Assembly: GCA_965205505.1 (NCBI GenBank) | Contig: CBDBHB010000009.1 | Coordinates: 3,072,001 to 3,136,000, forward strand | Direction: 5' to 3' | DNA from: Acidobacteriota bacterium | Lineage (GTDB): Bacteria; Acidobacteriota; UBA890; WLXD01 | DNA: 64,000 nt | Shown: in pieces, positions 20,500-30,257 of the stretch | Layout of the letters: each line of letters starts with the position of its first letter | How positions within the stretch are numbered: position 1 is the first letter of the stretch | Position numbers and translations under genes: made by a program | Notes under the pieces: model-generated | Told to the model about the DNA's origin: nothing | Database searches by the model: none | Seen by the model: only the letters and a program-made list of their open reading frames with translations

Positions 20500-21245
20500 T
20501 CAGAAGTGGCCCTTCATATCAGGGGGCGGCTTCTGGGCCTGAAAGAACGCGGTCACGAAGTCACTTGCAGGCTGCGTCACGAGGTCGAGAAATGTCCCCT
20601 GTTGGACCAATCGGCCTTCGGTCATCAGGCTGACGGTCTGCCCGAGCATCGCGGCCTCTCGAATGTCATGGGTAACGAGGATCACCGTCTTGCCCAGGGC
20701 GCGAAAGATCTCCGGCAGCTGCACCTGTAGTCCGTGGCGCACCAGTGGGTCCAGAGAACCCAGAGGCTCATCCAGAAGCAGGATCGGTGGATCCAGCAAA
20801 AGCGCCCGCATCAGGCCGACTCGTTGTCGCTGCCCGCCGCTGAGCTCGTGTGGATACTTCTGCATGATCGGCGCATCAAACCCGACGAGCGCCATCAGCT
20901 CGTCAATACGCTGGGCCGTGCGATCGACCAACCACCCCCGCGCCTCGGCGGCGAGCGACACATTGCTTCGCGCGCTGAGGTGCGGGTACAGCCCCCCTCC
21001 TGCACGACATAACCCATTGTCGCGAGCAGTTCCTTTCTGCTGTCCGTATCCATGGCCCTGCCATCGACGCGAACGGAGCCACTGTCGGGAGCTATCGATC
21101 CGAGGATGAGCCGGAGAATGGTCGATTTTCCACAACCGCTCGAGCCCAGAAGGACGTGCGTCTGTCCGCGGCTGAACTCGCACGAGAGGTTCTCGATCGC
21201 GACCACCGAGTCGAAGAGCTTGGTCACGCGGTCGAGAACGATCAT
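20500..21245 (-). pseudogene. Osmoprotectant ABC ATP-binding protein (OpuA-like), frameshifted
   Basis: Walker A GSSGCGKST in one frame; LYPHL...LSGGQRQR...DEP in another; one base missing in the C6 run at 20992-20997; may be a sequencing error. Confidence 0.85.
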
Positions 21246-21249
21246 TCGA

Positions 21250-22261
21250 TCAACAGGCCGGGGCGGCTCGTCGATCGAATACGACACCCGAGCGTCCTGC
21301 TCGCACCGCGTCCCAGATCGCCTGATAGAGCCTCATGGTCTCGACTGCATCTGCAATGCTCCCCACCGGCTCGCGGCCCTCGCGGATGGCTCTGACCCAC
21401 TCGACCAGACATGGACCATCCCCGGTGAGCTCACCACTGCGCTCATCGCTCCAGTTCTCGGTGAAGGTGTTCTGCTCCTGGGCGTAGTGCTTGATCGACC
21501 AGAGGTCGTCGAGAACGAGGTACTCGTTCTTTCCGGTGATCTCGATGCGATCGTAGTTCCGCCACCAGAGTCGCTGGCTGTTCAGCTGCAGAGTTCCCAC
21601 GGCACCGCTGACGAACTCCAAGCCGACCGCCAGCGCCACACCGCTTCCGTCCTGTCGGTGAAACAACGACAACTGCCGGATCTCGCCGCCGAGGAATCGG
21701 GCGATATCTAGATAGTGCGGCGCGAAATCGAGGATGTAAGCATGAACCGGATCGTCGTAGTCACGACCACGGACCTCATCGAAGATCCCGCTGCAGAACG
21801 AGCCGAAGAACTGGGTCATCGTTCCAAACGACTCCGCCGCCATGATCTCGCGGGCCTTGGTCACGCCGAAGCAGAAGCGGCGCTGGAAGTTCACCATCAA
21901 GATCCTTCCGGCGCGACTTGCCGCCTCTGCCAGCTCTTGCGTGGCGTTCAGCGAGGCCGCTGGCGGCTTGGGGATGAAGACGTGATAGCCGGCCTCTAGC
22001 GCCTCCAGTACGATGCGCTGCCGCGGCCGCGGATGCATCTGCACGATCACCGCCTCGAGGTCTTCCGTCTCCCACATCTCCCGGTAGTCGGTGTACCAGC
22101 GCCCGGGCCCGAACTTCCCGGCGGTATCGCGGGCCAGGGCTTCGTCACGATCGCAGAACTGCCTGCAGATGGATCGGTGCGAAGTGCAACGACGGATACA
22201 CCTGCCACGTCGCCATGGCGCCGGCGCCGACGAAGCCGACCCGCAGAGGCTCCAGCCGCAA
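21250..22261 (-). pseudogene. Gfo/Idh/MocA-family oxidoreductase, frameshifted
   Basis: TTG 22261 gives MRLEPLRVGFVGAGAMA...HLQAV; extra base near 22157; continues CDRDEALAR...YTDYREMWE...HVFIPKP...NFQRRF...PHYLD. Confidence 0.82.
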
Positions 22262-22263
22262 TG

Positions 22264-24219
22264 CTACTCGGCCGACTCGCGCAGCGAGAACGCGATCCAC
22301 TCGGCCGGATCGTCGTTGCCGCCGACGGCGACGACGATGTACTGACGTCCCTGGTGCATATAGGTGATCGGCGCTCCGGTAACGCCTGCTGACAGCTCGG
22401 TCTCCCAGAGCTCGGTGCCGTCGGCTTTGTCATAGGCGCGGAACTTGTTGCCGTTGACTTGGATGCCGAGTATCGCGTCGCTGCTCTCGCCGAGAAACAG
22501 CAGGGTCTTGGTGAGCATCGGTGCCGGACGACCAAGCATTCCCAGCGGCGGAAGGTCGAGACCCTCGAGCAGCGGATGGTCGAGCGGGCCGTCACCGTTG
22601 GCCGCCATCCAGACTTTCTCGCCGCGGTTCATATCGTAGGCGGTGATGCGTCCGTACGGTGGCTTGAAGATCGGTAGCCCGTCGAGGGTCGGAACTCCCG
22701 GACCCTCGCCCCACTCGTAGGCGAGCGTCGCCTCCGGATCGGACGGCTCGGAGAGCGGATAGACGTTCGGCATCGTGTGCGAGACGGCGTAGTAGAACCC
22801 GGTCTCCGGGTCGAACGCACCGGTGTTCCAGTTGCCCGACCCCCAGCCGCCGGGGAAGATCAGCGTGCCCTGTTTACTTCCAGGGTCACTGCCAACGACC
22901 GACGGCGGCGTGAACATGGGCCCCAGCAAGAGGGGCTCGATGAGCTCCAGAGCTCGTGCCCGCAGCTCCGGGGTGAAGTCGATCAGGTCGTCTTCGCTGA
23001 AACCCTGCATATCGAACGGCGGTGGCTTGGTGGGGAAGGGCTGCGTCGGCGACAGCTGCTCGCCGGGCACCTCCGACTGCGGCACCGGGCGCTCCTCGAT
23101 CGGCCACACCGGCTCACCTGTCTCGCGATCGAATACATAGAGAAACCCTGTCTTGCTGGGCTGCATCACCGCCTTGATTCGCTTGCCCTCCACGGTGATC
23201 TCGCCAAGCGTCGCCGGGCCTACGGTGTCGTACTCCCAGACGTCGTGATGCACCATCTGGAAGTGCCAGACGCGTTTACCGGTTTTGGCATCGAGCGCCA
23301 CGAGGCTGTTGGAGAACAGGTTGTCGCCCGGTCGATGTCCCCCGTAGTAGGCCGCCGTCGGCGCCGTCAGAGGTACGTAGACGTAGCCGAGCTCCTCATC
23401 CGCCGTGGCGCAGCACCAGGACCCCAAGTCGCCCGAGTACTTCCAGGAATCGTCTCCCCAGGTGTCGTTGCCGAATTGCCCGGGCTTCGGAACCACGTTG
23501 AAGGTCCACAGCAACTCGCCGGTGCGCACCGAGTAGCCGCGCACATCCTCGGGAACGGCTTCCTTGCGATTGCCGCCGTCGCCGGCGCCGCCCGTGATCC
23601 CGGCTATGACGATCACGTCGCCAACGACGATCGGGCCCGCCGACCAGCGGTAATTACCGGCCCGCTGGTGGGCGATGTTGAGGTTGAGCCGGCCCCGATC
23701 GCCGAAATCGGCATACGGTTCCCCGGTCCGTGCGCTGAGTGCGTAGAGGTAGTCGTTGCGCACCAGGAGCAGCCGTCGATCCGACCCCTCGCCCCAGGTA
23801 TCGATACCGCGCGGGCTCCTGCCCCTGGCCTCGCTCAAGGTCGGCGCAAATGGCTGCTGTTCCCAAATCGTCTCCCCGGTTCCGGGGTCCAGGGCACGCA
23901 GCAGCCCGACGCCGTTCGGCGCCAGCAACATGCCGTCGAGCATGATCGGCGTCGACCTGAAATAGCCGGGAATCCGCACCTCGGGGTAGGCGTCCTCGAA
24001 CGCCGGGTCTACGGCCGGGCGACGCCAGGCAACCCGCAGGTCGGTAATGTTGTCGCGATTGATCTGCGCCAGCGGAGAGTAGCGTGTAAACGCCTTGTCG
24101 CCGCCGAAGTAGGGCCACTCGCCGGGCGCCCGTTCACCCTGGGCGTGCGAGGCGATCGGCCCGCCCCCGACCATCATCAGGAGCACGCCACCGCCTATCA
24201 GCCGTTGCAAACTGGACAC
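22264..24219 (-). CDS. PQQ-dependent dehydrogenase (quinoprotein glucose dehydrogenase-like, signal peptide)
   Basis: TRYSPLAQINRDN, YYGGHRPGDNLFSNSLVALD, WHFQMVHHDVWEYD, PIEERPVPQS, KPPYGRITAYD. Confidence 0.9.
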   Translation of the reverse strand: MSSLQRLIGGGVLLMMVGGGPIASHAQGERAPGEWPYFGGDKAFTRYSPLAQINRDNITDLRVAWRRPAVDPAFEDAYPEVRIPGYFRSTPIMLDGMLLAPNGVGLLRALDPGTGETIWEQQPFAPTLSEARGRSPRGIDTWGEGSDRRLLLVRNDYLYALSARTGEPYADFGDRGRLNLNIAHQRAGNYRWSAGPIVVGDVIVIAGITGGAGDGGNRKEAVPEDVRGYSVRTGELLWTFNVVPKPGQFGNDTWGDDSWKYSGDLGSWCCATADEELGYVYVPLTAPTAAYYGGHRPGDNLFSNSLVALDAKTGKRVWHFQMVHHDVWEYDTVGPATLGEITVEGKRIKAVMQPSKTGFLYVFDRETGEPVWPIEERPVPQSEVPGEQLSPTQPFPTKPPPFDMQGFSEDDLIDFTPELRARALELIEPLLLGPMFTPPSVVGSDPGSKQGTLIFPGGWGSGNWNTGAFDPETGFYYAVSHTMPNVYPLSEPSDPEATLAYEWGEGPGVPTLDGLPIFKPPYGRITAYDMNRGEKVWMAANGDGPLDHPLLEGLDLPPLGMLGRPAPMLTKTLLFLGESSDAILGIQVNGNKFRAYDKADGTELWETELSAGVTGAPITYMHQGRQYIVVAVGGNDDPAEWIAFSLRESAE

Positions 24220-24268
24220 CGCAGTCTCCTTGATCGCACGAGCAAGAAGCCCGCTGTTCAGTTTCCGC

Positions 24269-24757
24269 CTATTCCTGCGGCTCGGGCATCACCTGGAAAT
24301 GAAGGTGGACGATCGTCCAGCTGCCATTGCGCTTCACCAACGTCGGCGACATCTGGTAGATCACCGTCGGGGCTGCCTCGCCAGGATTGGCCCGGCTGAC
24401 CGTCAAAATATACGACGCGACTGCCAGATCACCGCTCGGAGCCACGGCAATCTGTAGGTCAGAGTTCTCGGCCGACGCCAGGCCACCGGTGGAATCGATG
24501 TACTCCGTCCAGTACGTCCTATACGAGGCCTTGTCCCAGCGACCCGACGGGCCCCACCAGGTCAACTCGGGCGCGTAGAGCCCGAAGTAGCCCTCGATGT
24601 CGTTGACCGCATACGTCGCGGTCAGTTGCGCCACAGCATCGGCCACCTCCTGTTCGAGCGCGGCGGCGTCCTGTGCGGTCGCTCCCGGGGCACCGATCGT
24701 GGCCACTGCGACAACCGCCAAAGCCAAAGCAAAAGCAAAACTCACGATATTTCGCAT
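24269..24757 (-). CDS. NTF2-like/SnoaL (DUF4440) secreted protein
   Basis: GAGGAGG RBS, signal peptide, C-terminal LVKRNGSWTIVHLHF. Confidence 0.8.
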   Translation of the reverse strand: MRNIVSFAFALALAVVAVATIGAPGATAQDAAALEQEVADAVAQLTATYAVNDIEGYFGLYAPELTWWGPSGRWDKASYRTYWTEYIDSTGGLASAENSDLQIAVAPSGDLAVASYILTVSRANPGEAAPTVIYQMSPTLVKRNGSWTIVHLHFQVMPEPQE

Positions 24758-24780
24758 CTCGTCGACCTCCTCGCTGACCG

Positions 24781-25287
24781 TTAATCGGCGGCGGTGACGG
24801 GGTTCCAGTGGAAATGCGCGATGCTCCACTCCCCGTCGCGCTTGAACCAAGTCGCCGACATCTGGTAAGTGGCGTTTACTCCTTCGGGATCGTCCGTGAT
24901 GCGCTTGACGTTGAGCAGATAGGACGCCACCGCACCGTCACCGGCGGGCGATGTGTGGATCTGCAGATCGCTGATGTTGGCCTCTGTGAGACCGCCACCG
25001 CCGCCGACAACGCCGCTCCACAGCTCGTGGTACTCGTCGCGCGTTACCCGTCGGCCAGGCCACCACTGCGTCCCATCCGCCGCGAAGGAGCCGATATAAC
25101 CCTCCACGTCGTTGGAGCCATACGCGGCCACGAACTCCATCATCCGCTCACGCACCTCGTCTTCTGCTGTCGCCACGGGATCTTCGGCTACCGGTTCCGG
25201 CGCCGGCTCTCCACCTCCGCAGGCTGCGGCGAGTACTGCCAGGACGATCAGCCAAACGAAGTTCCTTCCTCCCAGAACATTGCGCAT
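24781..25287 (-). CDS. NTF2-like/SnoaL (DUF4440) lipoprotein, paralog of 24269-24757
   Basis: GGAGGAGG RBS, LAAC lipobox, WFKRDGEWSIAHFHW; shares SDLQI..P.GD.AVASY.L and YQMS.T. Confidence 0.8.
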   Translation of the reverse strand: MRNVLGGRNFVWLIVLAVLAAACGGGEPAPEPVAEDPVATAEDEVRERMMEFVAAYGSNDVEGYIGSFAADGTQWWPGRRVTRDEYHELWSGVVGGGGGLTEANISDLQIHTSPAGDGAVASYLLNVKRITDDPEGVNATYQMSATWFKRDGEWSIAHFHWNPVTAAD

Positions 25288-25462
25288 GTTGCACCTCCTC
25301 CACTGCTGTGCTGTGCTGCAGACCTCTTGAGCGTTGTACAGGGTTTCCAATCCGGCGCCAGAAGTCCAGTCGCGCAGCGAGTCCCTTCCTCAACCGCGCT
25401 GTTTTCTGCGACACGGGGAGCGACCTGCAACGCCAATGGAATCCGCTCCGAAGACCGTTGAT

Positions 25463-25492
25463 TTGCGCGCGGGCCGCGTGCCGTGATACTCA
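25463..25492 (+). promoter_or_regulatory. Putative sigma70-like promoter upstream of SpdH-like paralog 2
   Basis: TTGCGC-N16-GATACT; same TTG...CGTGATACTCA pattern and spacing at 29378-29407. Confidence 0.35.
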
Positions 25493-25566
25493 GGCAAAGC
25501 GTCGTGGCGCAGAGATTTCGCCGTCTTCGCCGGACAGAACTGGGATCCGAACCGAGGAGAGAGACA

Positions 25567-27524
25567 GTGAAGAAGGGCGACAAGCATCTCGGTATGGATC
25601 GCCAGATCACTCGGCGTGACCTCCTCAATGGCGTCAGCGTGGCCATCGGGGCCTCAACCACCGGCGGGCGCCTGACTGCCGAGTCGCCCGAGGTTCGGCG
25701 CTACGCCACCCAGGAGACCCCTGAGGACTACTCTACCCGCCACGGCTGACCGGAATGCGAGGCAGCCACGAGGGCTCCTTCGAGGTGGCGCACGAGATGC
25801 GCTTTGGGAAGACCTGGGACGGCGCCGACGAATCCGGCGAGCACTACGACCTGATCGTCGTCGGCGCTGGGTTGAGTGGCCTCGCGGCGGCCTACTACTT
25901 CCGTAAGGCACTCCCCGAAGCCAAGGTCTTGATCCTCGACAACCACGATGACTTCGGCGGCCACGCCAAGCGTGTCGAGTTCACCGTCGGCGACCGGCAG
26001 CTCATCGGCTATGGCGGCACGCAGTTCATCACCGGTTACTACCCAGCCGAGGCCAAGCAGCTGCTGGACGACATCGGAGTGAGCGCCGAGCGCTTCCCGA
26101 GCGGGACCGCAACCGATCTTTATCGCGAGCTGGGGCTTGAAGGAGGGGTGTTCTTCGATCGGGAGACCTTTGGTGTCGACCGCCTTGTGGTCGGCGAGCC
26201 ACGCCGGGCGCGTGGACCGCAAGCAGAGCGCCGATGGACGGCGTTCCTCGACAAGACACCCCTGTCCGATGCAGCCAAGGCGGGCATCCTCCGGCTCTGC
26301 ACCGAGGATCGCGACTACCTGCCAGGGCTGACCGACGACGAGAAAATCGCCCGCCTGCGGAGGATGAGCTACCAGAGTTACATTCTCGACGTTGTAGGCG
26401 TCCACCCGGATGTGATCCCGTACCTGCTGCGGCGCGGCGATCCGAACGGCGCCGCCGGTATCGACTCGTACAGCGCCTGGGGTGCCCTACGAAGCGGCTC
26501 GTTCCCTGGTTTGGGCGGGCTCGGGCTCGATCGTCCAGCTCGCAATGCGGCGCCTGGCGACAACCCCTTCCAGGGCATCCATTTCCCGGATGGCAACGCC
26601 GGCATCGCCCGTTTGATCGTCCGCTGGCTCCTCCCGCGAGCGCTGCCGGGAGACACGATGGAGGACTCGGTTACTACGCCGATCCGCTATTCCGAGCTCG
26701 ACAAGGCGGGCGCCCCGGTGCGAATCCGGCTCAACAGCACGGTGGTTGGAGCGCGTCACGCCGGCGAGCGGCGCACCTCCAGCGAGGTCGTCGTGACCTA
26801 CGTCCAGGACGGACGGGCGGTTCGCGTGCGCGGCGACAACTGCGTCATGGCTTGCTACAACGCCATGATTCCCTACCTGTGCCCAGAGGTCCCTGAGGTC
26901 CAGAAGGAAGCGCTGAAGATGGCGGTGCGCAAGCCCTACGTCTACACGCAGGTGGCGATCCGCAACTGGACCTCGTTCGTTAATCTCGGTGTCGGTGCTA
27001 TCCACAGTCCCGGAGGTTTCCACGAGTTCATCGACCTCGATTGGGGCGTCAACGTCGGCGACTACCAGCACTCGGCGTCGCCGGACGAGCCGATCCTGCT
27101 GTGGTTGCAGCGCCTACCCATTCGACCAGGCCTATCGGCGCGTGACCAGTTTCGTGCCGGCCGCGAGGAGCTGCTGGCAACGTCGTTCGAGACCTACGAG
27201 CGCAACATCCGCGATCAGCTGGGCCGCGCCCTCGGCGAAGGAGGCTTCGATCCGGCTCGCGACATCGCCGGAATCACCGTGAATCGCTGGCCGCACGGCT
27301 ACGCAAGCGGTGGCAACGATCTCTACGACCCCGACTGGAGTTACGACGAGGCGCCCTGGGTGGTCGGCCGACAACGCTTCGGGCGGATCACCATCGCTAA
27401 CTCGGACGCGGCAGCGATCTCGTTGACGCAGGCGGCATTCGAGCAGGCGCACCGCGCCGTTCAGGAGCTACTGACCGACGTGATTCGCCCCGAGTTCCAG
27501 TATCCGTGGGCAGAGCGCACCTGA
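25567..27524 (+). pseudogene. SpdH-like FAD oxidoreductase paralog 2, frameshift near 25732
   Basis: GAGGAG before GTG 25567; (M)KKGDKHLGMDRQITRRDLLNG...EDY, then TAC TC TAC CCG shifts into YPPRLTGMRGSH; remainder intact to EFQYPWAERT. Confidence 0.85.
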
Positions 27525-27735
27525 GGCGAGGTGGTGCGCCGATCGCCGAGGGCAAAAGAGGGAGGGAGAGCTCGTCCATTGCTGGTGCCTCCCTGCAAGC
27601 CTACAATTCGATGGGAAATTGTAGTTTCTTGAGCACGAAGCGCGCATACGACGCGGGGCGGGGCGCAAGCGCTGGCGAGTACGTAGATTTCCGAGGTCAG
27701 ATCGACCGCGTTCCGATCGGTGAAGGAGTAGTGAG

Positions 27736-29259
27736 ATGAGCAAGAAAGACGATCACGACGAGAACGGCGGCCCGCGCGTAAGCCGCCGAGCCTTCGCAAA
27801 GGGCTCGGTCGCCGCAGGCACCGCGGCGGTGGCCCTTCCCAAGTCGCTGTTCGGCGCCACTCCGGCGACGACAGCCGCGACGACTAAGACCAATGGCCGT
27901 GCAGCGCGCGTGGAGATGCGCACTGAAACCGCCGCCTACGGTGGCAGCGGTGCGACTCCGCTGACGGCGCCGGTTGCCAAGAAGCCTGGCGTCAGTGGCT
28001 GGACAGAAGGCCTGACCATTCCCCACGAGTACTACACGGAGCCGCAGCACTTCGACGCCGACGAGGCGTTCGTGGCGGAGAATTTCTGGCAGTACACCGA
28101 TCAGGCGAGCCGTATTCCGGATCCGGGCGATTTCTACGTGTTCGAGTTCGGTCGCTCCGAGTCCATCCTCATCGTGCGCGGTCAGGACAACGAGATAAGA
28201 GGCTTCTACAACGTCTGCCGCCACCGCGGCTCGCGACTCTGCCGTCACGACGCCGATGCCAAGCCGAGCGACCCACGCCTGTCGGTCAAGCAACTCGGAC
28301 AGTCCGGTAGCTCACCGGTGTTCCGGTGCCCATATCACGCATGGACGTACGACACCGAGGGCAGCCTGATCTACGCCTACGGCATGCAGGACGACTTCGA
28401 CCCGGCCGACAACGGCCTGCTCCCGTGCCACACGCGGGTCGCCGAGGGTCAGGTCTTCGTCAATCTGTCGAAGTCAGAGACCCCACCGGACTTCGAGTCG
28501 GTGGTAGCTCGCATGCGCGCCCTCGCTCCGAAGTACAGCTTCAAGGACCTGAAGGTTGTGGCCCGTGAGTACTACCCAATCAACGCCAACTGGAAGCTTG
28601 CCCTTGAGAACTTCAAGGAGTGCTACCACTGCGGGCCGTCGCATCGGCCGCTGGTGACCACCCACAACTGGGATCACGACATCAGCGCCGAACAGAAGGC
28701 TGAAAAGGCCGCCGCGGTCGCCGATTGGGTGCCAGAGGAACACCGGCGGCGGCGACGCGGTAACCAGCAGCAGGGCGGCCAGGGCATGAGAGGCGGTATG
28801 AGCGGCGCCGGCGCCGAGTCGCTCCAGTTGACGGGACAGCTCAATCCCGGCTTCGTTACGGGCACCATAGACGGTAAAGCCGCGTCGATTCTGCTGCCCA
28901 ACATCGACGACTGGCACCACGAGACCAACGTCGCCACAACAGCCGAGTCAACCGGCTACTGGCAGTGCTACGACGATCACGTCGCGGTGGCTCGTTTCAC
29001 GCCGCGGGCGGAGAACTTCACCGATTGCGAGATCGTCTGGTTGGTGCACCCCGACGCCGTCGAGGGTCGCGACTACGACCCCGACAACGTCAAGGCGCTC
29101 TGGCACGTCACCATCCAGGAGGACATCTGGGTCACCGACAACAACCACGCCGGTATCGAGTCGAGTGCGTACACCGCCGGTCGATACTCGATCATCGAGG
29201 GCAGCCCGGCCCGCTTCGTGGGCTGGTACATGAAGGAGGTCGTCAAGGCGGGCAACTGA
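27736..29259 (+). CDS. Rieske non-heme iron oxygenase alpha subunit (GbcA/Stc2-like) with Tat-type leader, paralog A
   Basis: AAGGAG RBS; SRRAFAK; CRH...CPYH; NWKLALENFKECYHCGPSH; QED; YTAGRYS. Confidence 0.9.
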   Translation: MSKKDDHDENGGPRVSRRAFAKGSVAAGTAAVALPKSLFGATPATTAATTKTNGRAARVEMRTETAAYGGSGATPLTAPVAKKPGVSGWTEGLTIPHEYYTEPQHFDADEAFVAENFWQYTDQASRIPDPGDFYVFEFGRSESILIVRGQDNEIRGFYNVCRHRGSRLCRHDADAKPSDPRLSVKQLGQSGSSPVFRCPYHAWTYDTEGSLIYAYGMQDDFDPADNGLLPCHTRVAEGQVFVNLSKSETPPDFESVVARMRALAPKYSFKDLKVVAREYYPINANWKLALENFKECYHCGPSHRPLVTTHNWDHDISAEQKAEKAAAVADWVPEEHRRRRRGNQQQGGQGMRGGMSGAGAESLQLTGQLNPGFVTGTIDGKAASILLPNIDDWHHETNVATTAESTGYWQCYDDHVAVARFTPRAENFTDCEIVWLVHPDAVEGRDYDPDNVKALWHVTIQEDIWVTDNNHAGIESSAYTAGRYSIIEGSPARFVGWYMKEVVKAGN

Positions 29260-30257
29260 TCCCTAGCAGGAGTCGATCTACGGGTCGGCTCCCGTGTTGT
29301 TCATTGGATGCCGCGCGGCGCGCCTGAGCCCGTACCCGCCGACCACAGGGCCGAAGTGAAGGAACCCGGCGCGCCTATTGTCGTACCGCCTGCCAACGTG
29401 ATACTCATGCAGTCGGGTGACTTCGCTGGGGTGTGCGTTGAGATTGTCGCGCGATGTCCGAGCGCGACTGACCCGAACGATTACCGACGAATTTGTAGCG
29501 GCTTGAGATCGATCAGATCCAACTGGCGAGGCAAGTACAGATGAGCAAGAAAGACGACCACGACGAGAACGGTGGCCCGCGCGTAAGCCGCCGAACCTTC
29601 GCCAAGGGCTCGGTTGCGGCGGGCACCGCTGCTGTCGCCCTCCCCAAATCGCTCTTTGGCGCCACCCCGGCGACGGCCGCCGCAACGACGGCTACCTACG
29701 GTCGCGCGTCGCGCGTCGAGGCGCGCAACGAGAACATCGGGTACGGCGGGCGCGGTGCGGCTCCGCTCACCGCGCCCGTCGCCAAGAGGGCCAGTGTCAA
29801 CGGCTGGAAAGAGGGCCTCACTATTCCCGCCGAGTACTACATCGAGCCGAAGCATTTCGAGGCCGACGAGGCGTTCGTCGGCGAGAACTTCTGGCAGTAC
29901 ACCGATCAGGAGAGTCGTATTTCGAACCCAGGCGACTTCTATGTCTTCGAGTTCGGGCGTTCCGAGAGCATTCTCATCGTGCGCGGGAAGGACACCGAGG
30001 TGAGAGGCTTCTACAACGTCTGCCGCCACCGCGGCTCGCGACTCTGCCGTCACGACGCCGATGCCAAGCCGAGCGACCCACGCCTGTCGGTCAAGCAACT
30101 CGGACAATCCGGTAGCTCACCGGTGTTCCGGTGCCCGTACCACGCTTGGACGTACGACACCGAGGGCAGCCTGATCTACGCCTACGGCATGCAGGAGGAT
30201 TTCGACCCGGCCGACAACGGCCTGCTCCCGTGCCACACGCGGGTCGCCGAGGGTCAG
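28198..30257 (+). repeat. Near-identical ~255-bp tracts in Rieske paralogs A (28198-28452) and B (30003-30257)
   Basis: Manual alignment: first 104 bp identical, 6 mismatches in 255 bp. Confidence 0.8.
29378..29407 (+). promoter_or_regulatory. Putative sigma70-like promoter upstream of Rieske paralog B
   Basis: TTGTCG-N16-GATACT; shares the 11-mer CGTGATACTCA and spacing with 25463-25492. Confidence 0.35.

Noticed and set aside
20992-20997. Programmed frameshift or phase variation in the ABC ATPase
   Set aside because: The run is only 6 bp with no recoding signal, and similar indels occur in unrelated genes
22777-24399. Long antisense ORFs (e.g. 22777-24399, 34046-35338, 40286-41731, 45998-47641, 54893-56422)
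   Set aside because: They are shadows of well-supported genes on the opposite strand, expected in high-GC DNA, and carry no motifs
28198-30257. Diversity-generating retroelement as the cause of near-identical repeats
   Set aside because: No reverse transcriptase; mismatches are at third codon positions and are not adenine-specific
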